Virus record (IMG/VR): IMGVR_UViG_3300000116_000009
Length of the DNA: 64,000 nt
Source of the DNA: an uncultured virus (IMG/VR IMGVR_UViG_3300000116_000009)
Taxonomy: Duplodnaviria > Heunggongvirae > Uroviricota > Caudoviricetes
Direction: 5' to 3' (one strand)
Numbering within the stretch: position 1 is the first letter of the stretch; the number at the start of each line of letters is the position of its first letter. Under the pieces are notes generated by a model. The model had not been told where the DNA came from. It ran no database searches and saw only the letters and a list, made by a program, of their open reading frames with translations. A program made the translations under genes and the position numbers. Below, in pieces: positions 45,912 to 56,848 of this stretch.

Positions 45912-46336
45912 TGGCTTATATAGTAAGAAATGTTGATGTATTAGATTTAAGACCAAGCACAGGGGTTGGAATTAGCCTTCCCTTTGATGGTGCTACTGGT
46001 ATTAATACAACATATACAACAACAGATGCTATAAAGTCTAATTTAATTAATTTCCTTTTAACAGGAAAAAGAGAAAGAATCATGAACCCTAACTTTGGTT
46101 CAGGATTAAGAGGAGTTATATTTGAACAAGTTACTGAAGATACTTCGGCAGTAATTGAAGATTTAATTAGAGGTGGAGTTGAACAGTTTTTTCCTCAAGT
46201 TTTAATAGAATCTTTAGATATAGAATTAAGTCCTAATGATGGAATTATTAATATATATTTAACTTATACCGTAATTAACACCAATATTGAAGACACTCTT
46301 CAACTAAACTTAAATTTACAAAATGCCTCAAGCTAA
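45911..46336 (+). CDS. baseplate wedge/sheath initiator, T4 gp25-like
   Basis: AIKSNLINFLLTGKRERIMNPNFGSGL..IFE..FFPQV. Confidence 0.85.
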   Translation: MAYIVRNVDVLDLRPSTGVGISLPFDGATGINTTYTTTDAIKSNLINFLLTGKRERIMNPNFGSGLRGVIFEQVTEDTSAVIEDLIRGGVEQFFPQVLIESLDIELSPNDGIINIYLTYTVINTNIEDTLQLNLNLQNASS

Positions 46337-48200
46337 AAACATACAATATCTTAATAAAGATTTTGATAGTCTAAAACAAAAGCTAATTGAATTTGCTGAG
46401 ATCTATTATCCATCTACTTATAATGATTTTTCTGAAGAATCAGCAGGTATGATGTTAATAGAGATGGCATCATATGTTGGTGATGTTTTATCTTTCTACA
46501 CTGATAATCAAGTACAAGAAAATTATATCCAATTTGCAAAGCAAAGAGACAATTTATTAACTCTAGCTTATTCAATGGGATACATTCCACAAGTAACTAA
46601 TGCAGCCACAGTTGATGTTGAGATTTTCCAAACAATTCCATCTACCACTGCACGGGGTACTGTCCAACCAGATTGGAACTATGCTATAATTTTAGAAGAA
46701 GGAGCACAACTTCAATCTGCTAATAATACTAGTGTGTTTTTTTATGTAGAAGATAAAGTTGACTTTACTGTATCCGGAAGTGCAGATCCTACTGACATAT
46801 CTGTATATTCTACAAATGCAAATAACCAACCTAGTTTTTACCTCTTAAAAAAGAAAGCAAGAGCAGTTTCAGGTAATTTACAAACAACAACATTTTCTTT
46901 TACTACACCACAAAAATTTGCAACATCGGTTATAACAGATAATAATATAATTGATATTATTAAAATAACTGATAGTGATGGTCATCGTTGGTATGAAGTT
47001 CCTTATTTAGCACAAGAAACAATATTTAACCCAACTTCAAATATAGCTACTAATGATCCTAATTTATATCAATATAATGAAACTACACCTTATTTATTAA
47101 AAATAGATAAAGTACCACGAAGGTTTGTAACAAGATTTAGATCAAACAATACTTTAGAATTACAATTTGGTCCTGGGGTATCATCTAACCCAGATGAAGA
47201 AATTATTCCAAACTCTGATAATATTGGATTAGGATTACCTTATGGGGTAGACAAATTAACAACAGCATTTGATCCAGCTAACTTTTTATATACAAAAACT
47301 TACGGTTTAGCACCCTCAAATACTACTTTAACAGTAGAATATTTAACAGGAGGTGGAGCTGTCTCTAATGTTACAGCCCAATCATTAACAATATTATCTT
47401 CAGGTAATACTACGTTTTTTGGAAATAACTTAGATTCAACTTTACAGGCTACAGTTCAACAATCATTAGCTTTTAATAATCTAAGACCAGCAGTAGGTGG
47501 AGGTGACGGTGATACTAATGAAGATATAAGATTAAATTCATTAGCACAATATCCTACCCAATTAAGAACTGTTACTAAAGATGACTATATGATTAGAGCT
47601 TTATCTTTACCCTCTAAATATGGTGTAATATACAAAACTTATATAACACAAGAAAGTGATATATTAAACAATAATACTACTTCTTTTAGTGATTATAATG
47701 ATAATACTTTAGCCTTATATATTTTATCTAAAAATAATAATGGTTTACTTACATTAGCAGATCCAGCTTTAAAACAAAACCTTAAAACCTATTTAGCTGA
47801 ATATAGAATGGTTACAGATGCTGTAGCTATAAAAGATGCATTTGTAATTAATTTAGGAATAAATTTTGATGTTATAATGCTTCCAAATTTTAATAATAGA
47901 ATTGTATTAAATACTTGTATTAATGCTTTAAAAGTATATTTTGATACAGATAAATGGCAAATAAACCAACCTATACTAATTAATAATGTTAAAAACGTTT
48001 TAGATACGGTTGAAGGAATTCAAACAATTAAAAATCTTACTATTACTAATAAATCAGGTTCATCATCGGGGTATTCAGAATATGCATATGATATAGATGG
48101 AGCTACAATTGATAATGTTTTATATCCTTCTTTAGACCCTAGTATATTTGAAATAAGATTCCCTGATATTGATATTCAAGGTAGAGTAGTAACAACTTAA
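46323..48200 (+). CDS. baseplate wedge subunit, T4 gp6/baseplate J-like
   Basis: NKDFDSLK..YNDF..SAGMMLIEMASYVGDVLSFY..GGGDGDT.EDIR..RTVTKDDY. Confidence 0.85.
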   Translation: MPQAKNIQYLNKDFDSLKQKLIEFAEIYYPSTYNDFSEESAGMMLIEMASYVGDVLSFYTDNQVQENYIQFAKQRDNLLTLAYSMGYIPQVTNAATVDVEIFQTIPSTTARGTVQPDWNYAIILEEGAQLQSANNTSVFFYVEDKVDFTVSGSADPTDISVYSTNANNQPSFYLLKKKARAVSGNLQTTTFSFTTPQKFATSVITDNNIIDIIKITDSDGHRWYEVPYLAQETIFNPTSNIATNDPNLYQYNETTPYLLKIDKVPRRFVTRFRSNNTLELQFGPGVSSNPDEEIIPNSDNIGLGLPYGVDKLTTAFDPANFLYTKTYGLAPSNTTLTVEYLTGGGAVSNVTAQSLTILSSGNTTFFGNNLDSTLQATVQQSLAFNNLRPAVGGGDGDTNEDIRLNSLAQYPTQLRTVTKDDYMIRALSLPSKYGVIYKTYITQESDILNNNTTSFSDYNDNTLALYILSKNNNGLLTLADPALKQNLKTYLAEYRMVTDAVAIKDAFVINLGINFDVIMLPNFNNRIVLNTCINALKVYFDTDKWQINQPILINNVKNVLDTVEGIQTIKNLTITNKSGSSSGYSEYAYDIDGATIDNVLYPSLDPSIFEIRFPDIDIQGRVVTT

Positions 48201-48209
48201 AAATAAAAA

Positions 48210-49373
48210 ATGGCTGTATACAAATTATTTTCTGAACAAGATGCCTTTATAAGATCACAATACCCAGCACAAAATACTGGCAGAGATGAGGTTTTAGAAA
48301 TATCTAATATAAATGGTATAAACCAATTATCATCAGCTCAAGGCGATTTGCCAGCTGTTAATCGTGCATTAATTCAATTTGATAACAGCGATTTAAACAA
48401 TATAATTACAAACACAGTAGCTACGTCATCTTATCAAGTAAGTTTAAGATTATACTTAGCTAATGCCGGAAATCTGCCATTAGATTATACAATACAAGCA
48501 TACCCTGTTTCACAAAGTTGGGATATGGGGACAGGAAGAGTAGCAGATGATCCAAAAACTGATAATGGTTGTTCTTGGACTTTTGCAGGAGAATCAGGTT
48601 CAAATAGATGGACAACAACAGGATTTTCAAATTATGTAACAGCTTCTTTTGGCTCAACAGTAGGAGGAAGTACATGGTATACAGGTTCTACTGAAACTTT
48701 TGAAGGAGATTTATTAGACCCAGAATCAGGACAAGTTTTTGATTATACATCTAATAAAGACATTAACATGTTTGTAACAGATACTGTTAGATTATGGCTC
48801 ACTGGTTCGGGAGGTATTGTTAATAATGGATTTGTAGTAAAATTAGATGATACTGTAGAATTTGGTACAAATTTTGTTTCTACTAATTTCTTTTCAATGG
48901 ATACTCATACTATATATCCTCCTGCTTTAGAAATAAAATGGGATGATTCAATAGTAGACAATTATTTTATTACAGGATCTGGTACAGGTTCAATAGTAAC
49001 TTCTAGTGCATTTATTTCTAAATTTACTAATCTACAATCAACATTTGAGGATTCAATGATTTATAATTTTGAAGTAAAAACAAGAGATACATTTCCTGCT
49101 AGGTCATTCCAAACTCAATCCGTATATTTAAATACTAAACTGTTACCTACCTCTTCGTATTGGGCAATTAAAGATGCTAAAACTGGAGAAATGGTAGTAG
49201 ATTTTGATTCAAATTTTACAAAATTAAGTATGAACTCTGGTTCAAATTATTTTAAAGTTTATATGGACGGATTAGAACCAGAAAGATATTATCAATTAAT
49301 GGTCCAAACCATAGTTGGGGACGAAACAATTGTTGTAGATAGTGGTACGGATTATTTTAAAATTGTAAGATAA
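48210..49373 (+). CDS. virion structural protein (DNRLRE-like domain)
   Basis: DAFI..NTGRDEVLEI..RALIQFD..LRLY..SWDMGTG..NNGFVVK..PALEIKWDD. Confidence 0.6.
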   Translation: MAVYKLFSEQDAFIRSQYPAQNTGRDEVLEISNINGINQLSSAQGDLPAVNRALIQFDNSDLNNIITNTVATSSYQVSLRLYLANAGNLPLDYTIQAYPVSQSWDMGTGRVADDPKTDNGCSWTFAGESGSNRWTTTGFSNYVTASFGSTVGGSTWYTGSTETFEGDLLDPESGQVFDYTSNKDINMFVTDTVRLWLTGSGGIVNNGFVVKLDDTVEFGTNFVSTNFFSMDTHTIYPPALEIKWDDSIVDNYFITGSGTGSIVTSSAFISKFTNLQSTFEDSMIYNFEVKTRDTFPARSFQTQSVYLNTKLLPTSSYWAIKDAKTGEMVVDFDSNFTKLSMNSGSNYFKVYMDGLEPERYYQLMVQTIVGDETIVVDSGTDYFKIVR

Positions 49374-49720
49374 TGGCGAATCAAGAAATAAAATTAAATA
49401 AAAATGTATTTGGAAAAGTATCATATCCCCAAATTGTAAATACGGAATTTTCACAGTTAGTACAACCAAATGATATAGATCCAGATACAACCCCTTTAAC
49501 TGTTATTGAATTTTTTGAAGAATATAATAGATTATTTTTTGATATTCCACAAAACGGTGAAGTTGGGTCTCATAGAGAGCTTGTAACAAGAAGTTCTAGT
49601 TATGTAGGAATGACTGATCAATCAGGAGAAATGCAAGCATTGATAGACGAAATTAGTGAATTAAGGATACAATTATTAACAGCACAACAAGAAGTGGTAA
49701 ACCTTTCAACCCAAATTTAA
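49373..49720 (+). CDS. virion-associated hypothetical protein
   Basis: 115 aa with C-terminal coiled coil, inside the baseplate operon. Confidence 0.7.
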   Translation: MANQEIKLNKNVFGKVSYPQIVNTEFSQLVQPNDIDPDTTPLTVIEFFEEYNRLFFDIPQNGEVGSHRELVTRSSSYVGMTDQSGEMQALIDEISELRIQLLTAQQEVVNLSTQI

Positions 49721-49723
49721 AAT

Positions 49724-52700
49724 ATGGAAACTAGTAGTGTTGTATTTAATCCTTCTGTGGAATATGTCAATCAAGATTATTCTACACAAGATGTAAATCT
49801 CTTAAATGAATATGAGATTGTTAGAAATTTTGGTGCAGATCAAGATGTAATAGAATATTATGTATATTCTGCCGATAATACACTTATAGGTGCAAATTAT
49901 AATTATAAAAATTATAATACTCAACAAACATCTGAATCATCAAGTTTATATGATACAATATATTTAGATCCTGTACAAGATGCTAAGGACGCTGGTTACG
50001 ATATTGGGGAATATAATGTTAATTATTTTTTCTATAGAAATTTATTTTTAAGTAGTTTTGAAACAAGATTTTATCTTAAAGAAATATCTCAAGATAGAAC
50101 AGAAATAAAAATATCTACTAATGAATTATCTTATAATGCTTTAGGTACCTCATATTTAAACTATATTGCTTCAAAACAAGGTAAAAGCTTTTATTCTGAT
50201 TTTATTTTAAATTTTGGGGATAATAAGACATTAATAGGTGTAAATAGTTTATTAGATACTGTAGATGAAATAGAACCTAGTATTTTTATAAAATTATATG
50301 AACCTCTCCCCTCAGGATATAATATAAAAGATACTTTATGGGTAGTAGAACAAGTTTCGGATCCTTATTCTTTTAATGTAAATATAGAATTTACAGCGGA
50401 TAATGTAGAAGAAAAAGTTTATTTAAGAGGTCCTAATACTAACATAGATTTAAACCTTAAAACTAATTCCACAACAGAATATTTTAATGCAAGTACAATA
50501 TTAGATACTTCATTAACATCTTCATTTCAACAATTGCAATCTATATTAGAAGAAAAAAGTGTAAAAATAAATATAGATTACGATTATTATAACGAGTTTG
50601 TACATTTTTCTTCTGCTCAAGATAGACTAGAAAATTTTAGATATAAATTAAATACAATCCAAAGTTATCAAAGTGATATAAATTCATTAAAGGGATTAGA
50701 TCAATTAACTGATTTAACTTATATATCCTCTAGTGAAGCTAATATACAACAAAATATAGATACCTTAATTAAACAATTTGATGGGTATGAATATTTTTTA
50801 TATTTTAATTCTGGTTCTAAATCTTGGCCTAAATCTGGATCAACAACTCCTCCATTTTTTAATGTCCCTATAAACTCCACTTCAGCCTCAGTTTGGTATG
50901 GTTCTACTGATGAATCTGATGGTTATTATGGTGGTCAATTACTTTCAGCTTCTATATATGACGAGAATAATATGGATTATATTTGGAATCAACTTCCATC
51001 ATATATAAAAGAAGATCCACAAAATTCAACTTTAAGTTTATTAGTAGGAATGATGGGTCAAAGTTTTGATTCTGTTTGGACTTATTCTAGAGCTATTACA
51101 GATTTAAAAGATGCTGATAACCGTATAGATTATGGTATATCTAAAGACATGGTTGCTGATGCACTTCGTTCTTTAGGTATTAAATTATATACTAGTGATA
51201 GAACAAATGAAGATATTTATACTGCATTTTTAGGATTAACACCTTCTGGTTCCCTAGTTCCTACTACAGGTTCACAATTAGTAACTAGTTATATATCTGC
51301 TTCAAATGATGTCACTACTTACGATGATGTAAATAAAGAAGTATATAAACGTATTTATCATAATTTACCTTATTTATTAAAATCAAAAGGTTCACATAAA
51401 GGATTAAGGGCTTTATTAAATTGTTTTGGTATTCCAAATACGATATTAAGAATAAATGAGTTTGGAGGAGACCAAAAATTCACACCAGCTGTAAATCAAT
51501 CAATAGAACAATTTTCTTATAGCTTAAATACAAACCCTTTAAATTTAACTTCATCAATTTCCCATAGTTCAGTTAATGTGCCTTGGTTACCAGCTATTCA
51601 ATCTGTAATTCCTGTTTGGAATGATATTAATGTAGATTGGAATGTAATAGAAGGTTGGTGGAATGGAGATTTAGCTAGTAGTGCTGTACCTGATAATATA
51701 GAATTTAGATTTAAAACTAAAGGTATACCATCTTCAAGTCGTTACACACAATCATTATTCCAAATTAACACAGGATCAGCTACTCAATTTGGTATCCAAC
51801 TTTTATATCCTTCAGCATCTAATGCTAGTTACGAAAGTGGTAAATTAAATGAAATCTATTCTGTTTATGGTGAATTAAGACTTATTATGTCTGGTACACA
51901 AGGGTACGTTAAAACGGATCCTATATATTTACCTTTCTTTAGTGAAAGTTGGTGGAATGTTTCACTAGCTAGAGCAACTGGGAGTGTATTTTCAAATGTT
52001 TCTAGTTCTAATAATGAATATACTTTAATAGCAAAAAGTAGTGATTATGATGGGATGGATGGTACGTATATTACTTACCAAGGATCTTCAAGTTTAGCTA
52101 TAGAAGGTTCAACTTCTTCATCATACAATAATGCTTGGAATGAGTATATATTAAATTATGATAATGGAACATTACATGGGTATTTAGGAGGAACGGGCAG
52201 TGCAGGAGCAATTGCTCCTGATAATGGTACTTTTGATGGTTATTTCCAAGAATTTAGATATTGGAATACAATTTTAAGCCAATCTTTAATTAACCAACAT
52301 ACACTTAACCCTAGATCAATTGTATCTCACGATCCAACTTCATCATATTTTAATTTAGTATATAGATTACCTTTAGGTAGCGAATTAGAAAATTCAGGGT
52401 CAGTTGGAACAGATAAAATATATTCGGTCCATCCAGCAGCTACAGGTTCAGTTACACCTACAGCATCTTTCTTAGGAACTGGTTCAACAACTGTATCTTA
52501 TGGGTTTATTAGAAATTATACTACTTCAAGTTATGTTCCTGAATCTTATTATTCTCTAAAAGTTGCCCCTAATGTAGGTGCCTATAATTATGTAGATGAT
52601 AAAATAAGAATTTATGATAATCCTATAACCTCAGGATCAACATTATCACCTTATACCTCAATACAAGAAAGATTACAAAACCCATATACATTAAATACTA

Positions 52701-55090
52701 ATAATCTTGAAGTAGCATTTTCACCTCAAGATAGTATTGATAAAGATATAGTGGATCAATTAGGATATTTTAACATTGATGATTATATAGGTGATCCTAA
52801 ATTAGCACAATCGTCTTCATATCTACCTTTAAATAATCTAAAAGATTTTTACTTTCAAAAATATACAAAGAAAGCAAATATATTTGAGGTATTAAAGTTA
52901 CTATCTTATTATGATAGTTCTTTATTTAAAATGATCCAAGATTATGCTCCCGCCACTACTCAATTATCTACAGGATTTTTAATTAAACCTACAATTTTAG
53001 AAAGATCTAAAACTGTAAGAAATTCACCTACCTATTCTTTTATAGATCATAGTGGGTCGATATTTGTACCTAGGATAACAGGATCTAATCCAATGGGAGC
53101 AATTCTAGATACATCTTATACAGGATCTTTACCAATATATTCAGGATCAAATCAATCTGTTGTATCTGCTTCAGAAGTATTTCCTGTAATTTATAATCAA
53201 AATGTTGAACCCTTTACTGGTGAATATAGTGGAAGTGAACTCACAGTTTATACTTTACCAACTTCAAGTGAAGTAAAAGAATTAAGTTTTTTTAATAATC
53301 AAATAGAAAGTCAACAAATTGCTTTAACTTATTCTGCTATACCCATCAATCCAGAACTCAATAATGTTATTGATGCTAGAACTTCGGTTCAATTTATGGA
53401 TTTAGATTATTCAACTAACATAATAACTCCAGTTAATGTAGAACTTATAACTAGTAGATCATTAGGATTGATTACTGAGGGTTCATCTTCATTTTTAAAT
53501 GCACCTGTTCAAGATAGTTATTATACTTTACTTCGTCAAATAAATCCTCGATATTTAGGATCTAAAAATACATCTAAAGAATATAACATTTATAATGTAG
53601 GTGATAGTTCATTTGGTCAAACAGCAGCTATTGATTTAAATTCAATTAAATTCGCCTATTTTGCAGAAATTGTAGAAACAGGTTCAGCGTTCCCAGATAG
53701 AAGTAATGTATATTTAAAATACTTAATTGATGGAAGATCAAATGTAACTGAATTAACACGAGATAATAAAAATATATTTGAAGTACAAAGTATATTTAAT
53801 CAAGGAAAACAAGCAGATATATCCTTAGAAAATAATCAAGAATTTTCCGATCAAAAATATTTAGATGGTTTAAAACCTATATATGCTGGTGGGTATAGTT
53901 ACTTACCTATATTACAAAACCCAACAGGAGTTTCTAGTTTAACTTATAAATTTACAACAGGATCAATTGAAACAGAAGATGGTGATGGGATATCTATCTT
54001 ACCAGGTAGTTTAAGTAATGAATTTGTAAAAATAGAAAATTATACTGTAGGTTCTCTTACAGTTAATAGTGGAAGTAATTTTGTTTCATTAGGAGGTTAT
54101 CCTGCTATTACCTTAACTAGATCACCTCAAGTAGATCAATCTACAATTTGGTGGGATAATGATTTAATTGTAAACTTTAATGGAGAAGTTCAAATTTTAA
54201 TAAATATTCCTAGTAATCCATCTGCTTCCTTTAACGATATTCAATGGAATCCTTTTGATGGAGCTCAACCATTAGTTTCATCATCAGCTAATTTTGAAGA
54301 TTTCACTCAACTTTCAGCAACATATGCTGTAACTAATTCTGCTGTGATACCTAAAAAGGTACAATCAACACCAGCATTACTAACTTCATCTCCTTCTGCT
54401 TTAGGAGGTTATTTTCAAACAGATTTTGCTACTCCTGATATTAATAGTGCATCAGTTTATATAGGAAATGAATCTGCAGAATATTCAGTACCAGCATATA
54501 CTCGTTATTATGCTTCTGATCCTATTATTAGTTATACAGGTAGTATTGTAGATTCTGGAGATGCTGATGAATCGGGTGCCTTTTTTGTAAGAAATACAAC
54601 AGGGTCCTTTAATATAGTTACTGCTTCAGTTTCAATGTCTTATTGGTATAGTAATTTTCTACAATCAGCACCAACATTTTCTGGATATCAAATTGTAGAT
54701 GAAGAATTTGTTGTTGAAGAAGGTGATTTATTTAGATTTTATGATTCTGGAAGTGAAACATTTCCTATAGAATTTGAAAGACAAGTAAAAAGAGTTAATG
54801 TTATTCCTAGAGATGAAGTAACAGATACTAGAAGATTATCTATAGAATTTGGACAAGATGTTCCTGCTAGAGCTTGTAAAGATTTTGGTACAAATAATCA
54901 ATATGCTAAACAAATTTCACAATTTATTATTCTAAAAAAAGAAGAAGATGAAACAAATATAGTTTTAAGTTTTGAAAAACAAGAAGGTAAAACATCTTCC
55001 GGAATAGTATTACCAAGTGATTTACCACTTAATTTAGTTGAAGCAGCTGGTAACATTGTAAAAAATCTAAAATCACAAAATTTAATATAA
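49724..55090 (+). CDS. large baseplate wedge protein (gp7-like) with LamG/concanavalin-like domain
   Basis: 1788 aa; NLPYLLKSKGS..GLRALLNCFGI..INEFG and FDGYFQEFRYWNT. Confidence 0.6.
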   Translation: METSSVVFNPSVEYVNQDYSTQDVNLLNEYEIVRNFGADQDVIEYYVYSADNTLIGANYNYKNYNTQQTSESSSLYDTIYLDPVQDAKDAGYDIGEYNVNYFFYRNLFLSSFETRFYLKEISQDRTEIKISTNELSYNALGTSYLNYIASKQGKSFYSDFILNFGDNKTLIGVNSLLDTVDEIEPSIFIKLYEPLPSGYNIKDTLWVVEQVSDPYSFNVNIEFTADNVEEKVYLRGPNTNIDLNLKTNSTTEYFNASTILDTSLTSSFQQLQSILEEKSVKINIDYDYYNEFVHFSSAQDRLENFRYKLNTIQSYQSDINSLKGLDQLTDLTYISSSEANIQQNIDTLIKQFDGYEYFLYFNSGSKSWPKSGSTTPPFFNVPINSTSASVWYGSTDESDGYYGGQLLSASIYDENNMDYIWNQLPSYIKEDPQNSTLSLLVGMMGQSFDSVWTYSRAITDLKDADNRIDYGISKDMVADALRSLGIKLYTSDRTNEDIYTAFLGLTPSGSLVPTTGSQLVTSYISASNDVTTYDDVNKEVYKRIYHNLPYLLKSKGSHKGLRALLNCFGIPNTILRINEFGGDQKFTPAVNQSIEQFSYSLNTNPLNLTSSISHSSVNVPWLPAIQSVIPVWNDINVDWNVIEGWWNGDLASSAVPDNIEFRFKTKGIPSSSRYTQSLFQINTGSATQFGIQLLYPSASNASYESGKLNEIYSVYGELRLIMSGTQGYVKTDPIYLPFFSESWWNVSLARATGSVFSNVSSSNNEYTLIAKSSDYDGMDGTYITYQGSSSLAIEGSTSSSYNNAWNEYILNYDNGTLHGYLGGTGSAGAIAPDNGTFDGYFQEFRYWNTILSQSLINQHTLNPRSIVSHDPTSSYFNLVYRLPLGSELENSGSVGTDKIYSVHPAATGSVTPTASFLGTGSTTVSYGFIRNYTTSSYVPESYYSLKVAPNVGAYNYVDDKIRIYDNPITSGSTLSPYTSIQERLQNPYTLNTNNLEVAFSPQDSIDKDIVDQLGYFNIDDYIGDPKLAQSSSYLPLNNLKDFYFQKYTKKANIFEVLKLLSYYDSSLFKMIQDYAPATTQLSTGFLIKPTILERSKTVRNSPTYSFIDHSGSIFVPRITGSNPMGAILDTSYTGSLPIYSGSNQSVVSASEVFPVIYNQNVEPFTGEYSGSELTVYTLPTSSEVKELSFFNNQIESQQIALTYSAIPINPELNNVIDARTSVQFMDLDYSTNIITPVNVELITSRSLGLITEGSSSFLNAPVQDSYYTLLRQINPRYLGSKNTSKEYNIYNVGDSSFGQTAAIDLNSIKFAYFAEIVETGSAFPDRSNVYLKYLIDGRSNVTELTRDNKNIFEVQSIFNQGKQADISLENNQEFSDQKYLDGLKPIYAGGYSYLPILQNPTGVSSLTYKFTTGSIETEDGDGISILPGSLSNEFVKIENYTVGSLTVNSGSNFVSLGGYPAITLTRSPQVDQSTIWWDNDLIVNFNGEVQILINIPSNPSASFNDIQWNPFDGAQPLVSSSANFEDFTQLSATYAVTNSAVIPKKVQSTPALLTSSPSALGGYFQTDFATPDINSASVYIGNESAEYSVPAYTRYYASDPIISYTGSIVDSGDADESGAFFVRNTTGSFNIVTASVSMSYWYSNFLQSAPTFSGYQIVDEEFVVEEGDLFRFYDSGSETFPIEFERQVKRVNVIPRDEVTDTRRLSIEFGQDVPARACKDFGTNNQYAKQISQFIILKKEEDETNIVLSFEKQEGKTSSGIVLPSDLPLNLVEAAGNIVKNLKSQNLI

Positions 55091-55108
55091 CAAAAAACAA
55101 AAACATTC

Positions 55109-55116
55109 ATATTTAT
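55109..55116 (+). promoter_or_regulatory. putative late promoter core ATATTTAT
   Basis: intergenic, 17 nt before ATG 55134. Confidence 0.5.
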
Positions 55117-55133
55117 ATACAACAAAACTAATC

Positions 55134-55793
55134 ATGGGATATTTAAATAACAAGACAGTTACCGTTGATGCCATTTTAACTAAAAAAGGTCGTGAACTAC
55201 TAGCTAGAAATGATGGTTCATTTCGTATTACACAATTTTCTTTGTCAGATGACGAAGTAGATTATTTACTATATAATCCAAATCATCCATCTGGATCAGC
55301 ATTTTACGGAGAAGCTATTGAAAATATGCCCGTTATAGAAGCATTTCCAGACGAAACACAAGACATGAAATATAAGCTAATAACTCTTCCAAGAGGTACA
55401 GCTAAATTACCTGTATTAGATGTAGGATATACAACAATAACATTAAAACAAGGTGCCTCATTATCTATTACACCACAAACATTAAATTATTTAGGAACTA
55501 ATTCAACATTTGAAGCTTCAGGATATGTAGCTACAATTGGTGATTCTAGAACTTTAGCTAATTTTGAAGGAGTAGGTGTTAATACTTCGGATGTTGCAGT
55601 TTTAAATGCAACCCAAACAATAGGAACCAACGTATCAAGAACAGTAATAGGTACTACAATTAATTTAACAGCAACTACTGTAAATACACTATTTGGTAGT
55701 GCTTCTACTTTAAATACTATTTTAACAGTTACCGGTAGAGATTCTGGAGCTAGATTAACAATACCTATTAACATTACAAAAATAACCACATAA
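55134..55793 (+). CDS. baseplate/tail structural protein
   Basis: VDAILTKKGRELLA..ITQFSLSDDEVDY resembles tail-fibre/collar attachment N-termini. Confidence 0.6.
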   Translation: MGYLNNKTVTVDAILTKKGRELLARNDGSFRITQFSLSDDEVDYLLYNPNHPSGSAFYGEAIENMPVIEAFPDETQDMKYKLITLPRGTAKLPVLDVGYTTITLKQGASLSITPQTLNYLGTNSTFEASGYVATIGDSRTLANFEGVGVNTSDVAVLNATQTIGTNVSRTVIGTTINLTATTVNTLFGSASTLNTILTVTGRDSGARLTIPINITKITT

Positions 55794-55804
55794 AATAATA
55801 TAAT

Positions 55805-56845
55805 ATGAGCTATGTAAGTTTTAACAGTAGTGACTTTGTGGTTAGCGCCGATTCAATCACTTCTACTTTATGGTCAGGAGATGTACCAATTTTAAATCAA
55901 TTTTTTACATCATCTGTATCTTCATCATTTAATTTCTTTTTAAATGTTTATCAAACATCATCATTAAGATCAGATGCTGAAGTGCAATTCGCAATTGCTT
56001 ATGGAGAAGTAGAAGGATCAGGTTCAGCACCATTTAATGTTTTAGTTACAGGTAGTTCACCTACTAAAGTAACTTATGGACAATATAGAACTTTAATTAA
56101 TGGTGATGAAAACACCAATTTTAATTTTGGAGCAGGAAATATAGATTCAAGAGATATTTACGTATTAAACGTAGAGAGAGCAAGATATAGAGAATCATTA
56201 TTCCCAGCTACATTTAATTTAGTATTATCTGGATCTGATGGAACTTCTGTATCTAGAATCCAATTAACAGATAATTCAAAAGATGTAACTACTCTAACTT
56301 ATACTGATGCTGGTAGAGTTTTTGATATAGTAAGTGGTACAAATGGTAGTGCTGTTGCAAGTAGTGTAACAGAAAGTGTTACCGCAGGATACACACCATC
56401 AGGATCATATGGTCAATTTTTACCAGATATAGGTGTTATATTGTTAAACCCTAGAGCATTATCGTTATCTGCCTCTCAAGGAGGAATTGGTTTAACTATA
56501 AATGATGATGCCACTACTACAGCAGGTATTGCAAATAACTCAACTTTATTTGAATCTATACAACTAGCACAAACTTTTTCACTAAATTCAGAAGAAACAA
56601 TAACCTCAGATTATATATTTGTAAGAGTAGGAAATCAAGATTTTAATTACTCAACAAACCCCTCTATGATTAGTGGTAGTGGAGAGTTTGTTTATTCAAG
56701 TTTAATTAATAATCCTCAAACTTTTATAACAACTGTGGGATTATATAATGATACTAATGAGTTACTTTCAGTTGCTAAGTTATCAAAACCCTTAGTAAAA
56801 GATTTTACAAAAGAAGCACTTATTAGAGTCAAGTTAGACTTTTAA
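55805..56845 (+). CDS. baseplate/tail structural protein
   Basis: C-terminal FNYSTNPS..FITTVGLYND.NELL.VAKLSKP motif. Confidence 0.65.
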   Translation: MSYVSFNSSDFVVSADSITSTLWSGDVPILNQFFTSSVSSSFNFFLNVYQTSSLRSDAEVQFAIAYGEVEGSGSAPFNVLVTGSSPTKVTYGQYRTLINGDENTNFNFGAGNIDSRDIYVLNVERARYRESLFPATFNLVLSGSDGTSVSRIQLTDNSKDVTTLTYTDAGRVFDIVSGTNGSAVASSVTESVTAGYTPSGSYGQFLPDIGVILLNPRALSLSASQGGIGLTINDDATTTAGIANNSTLFESIQLAQTFSLNSEETITSDYIFVRVGNQDFNYSTNPSMISGSGEFVYSSLINNPQTFITTVGLYNDTNELLSVAKLSKPLVKDFTKEALIRVKLDF

Positions 56846-56848
56846 TGA

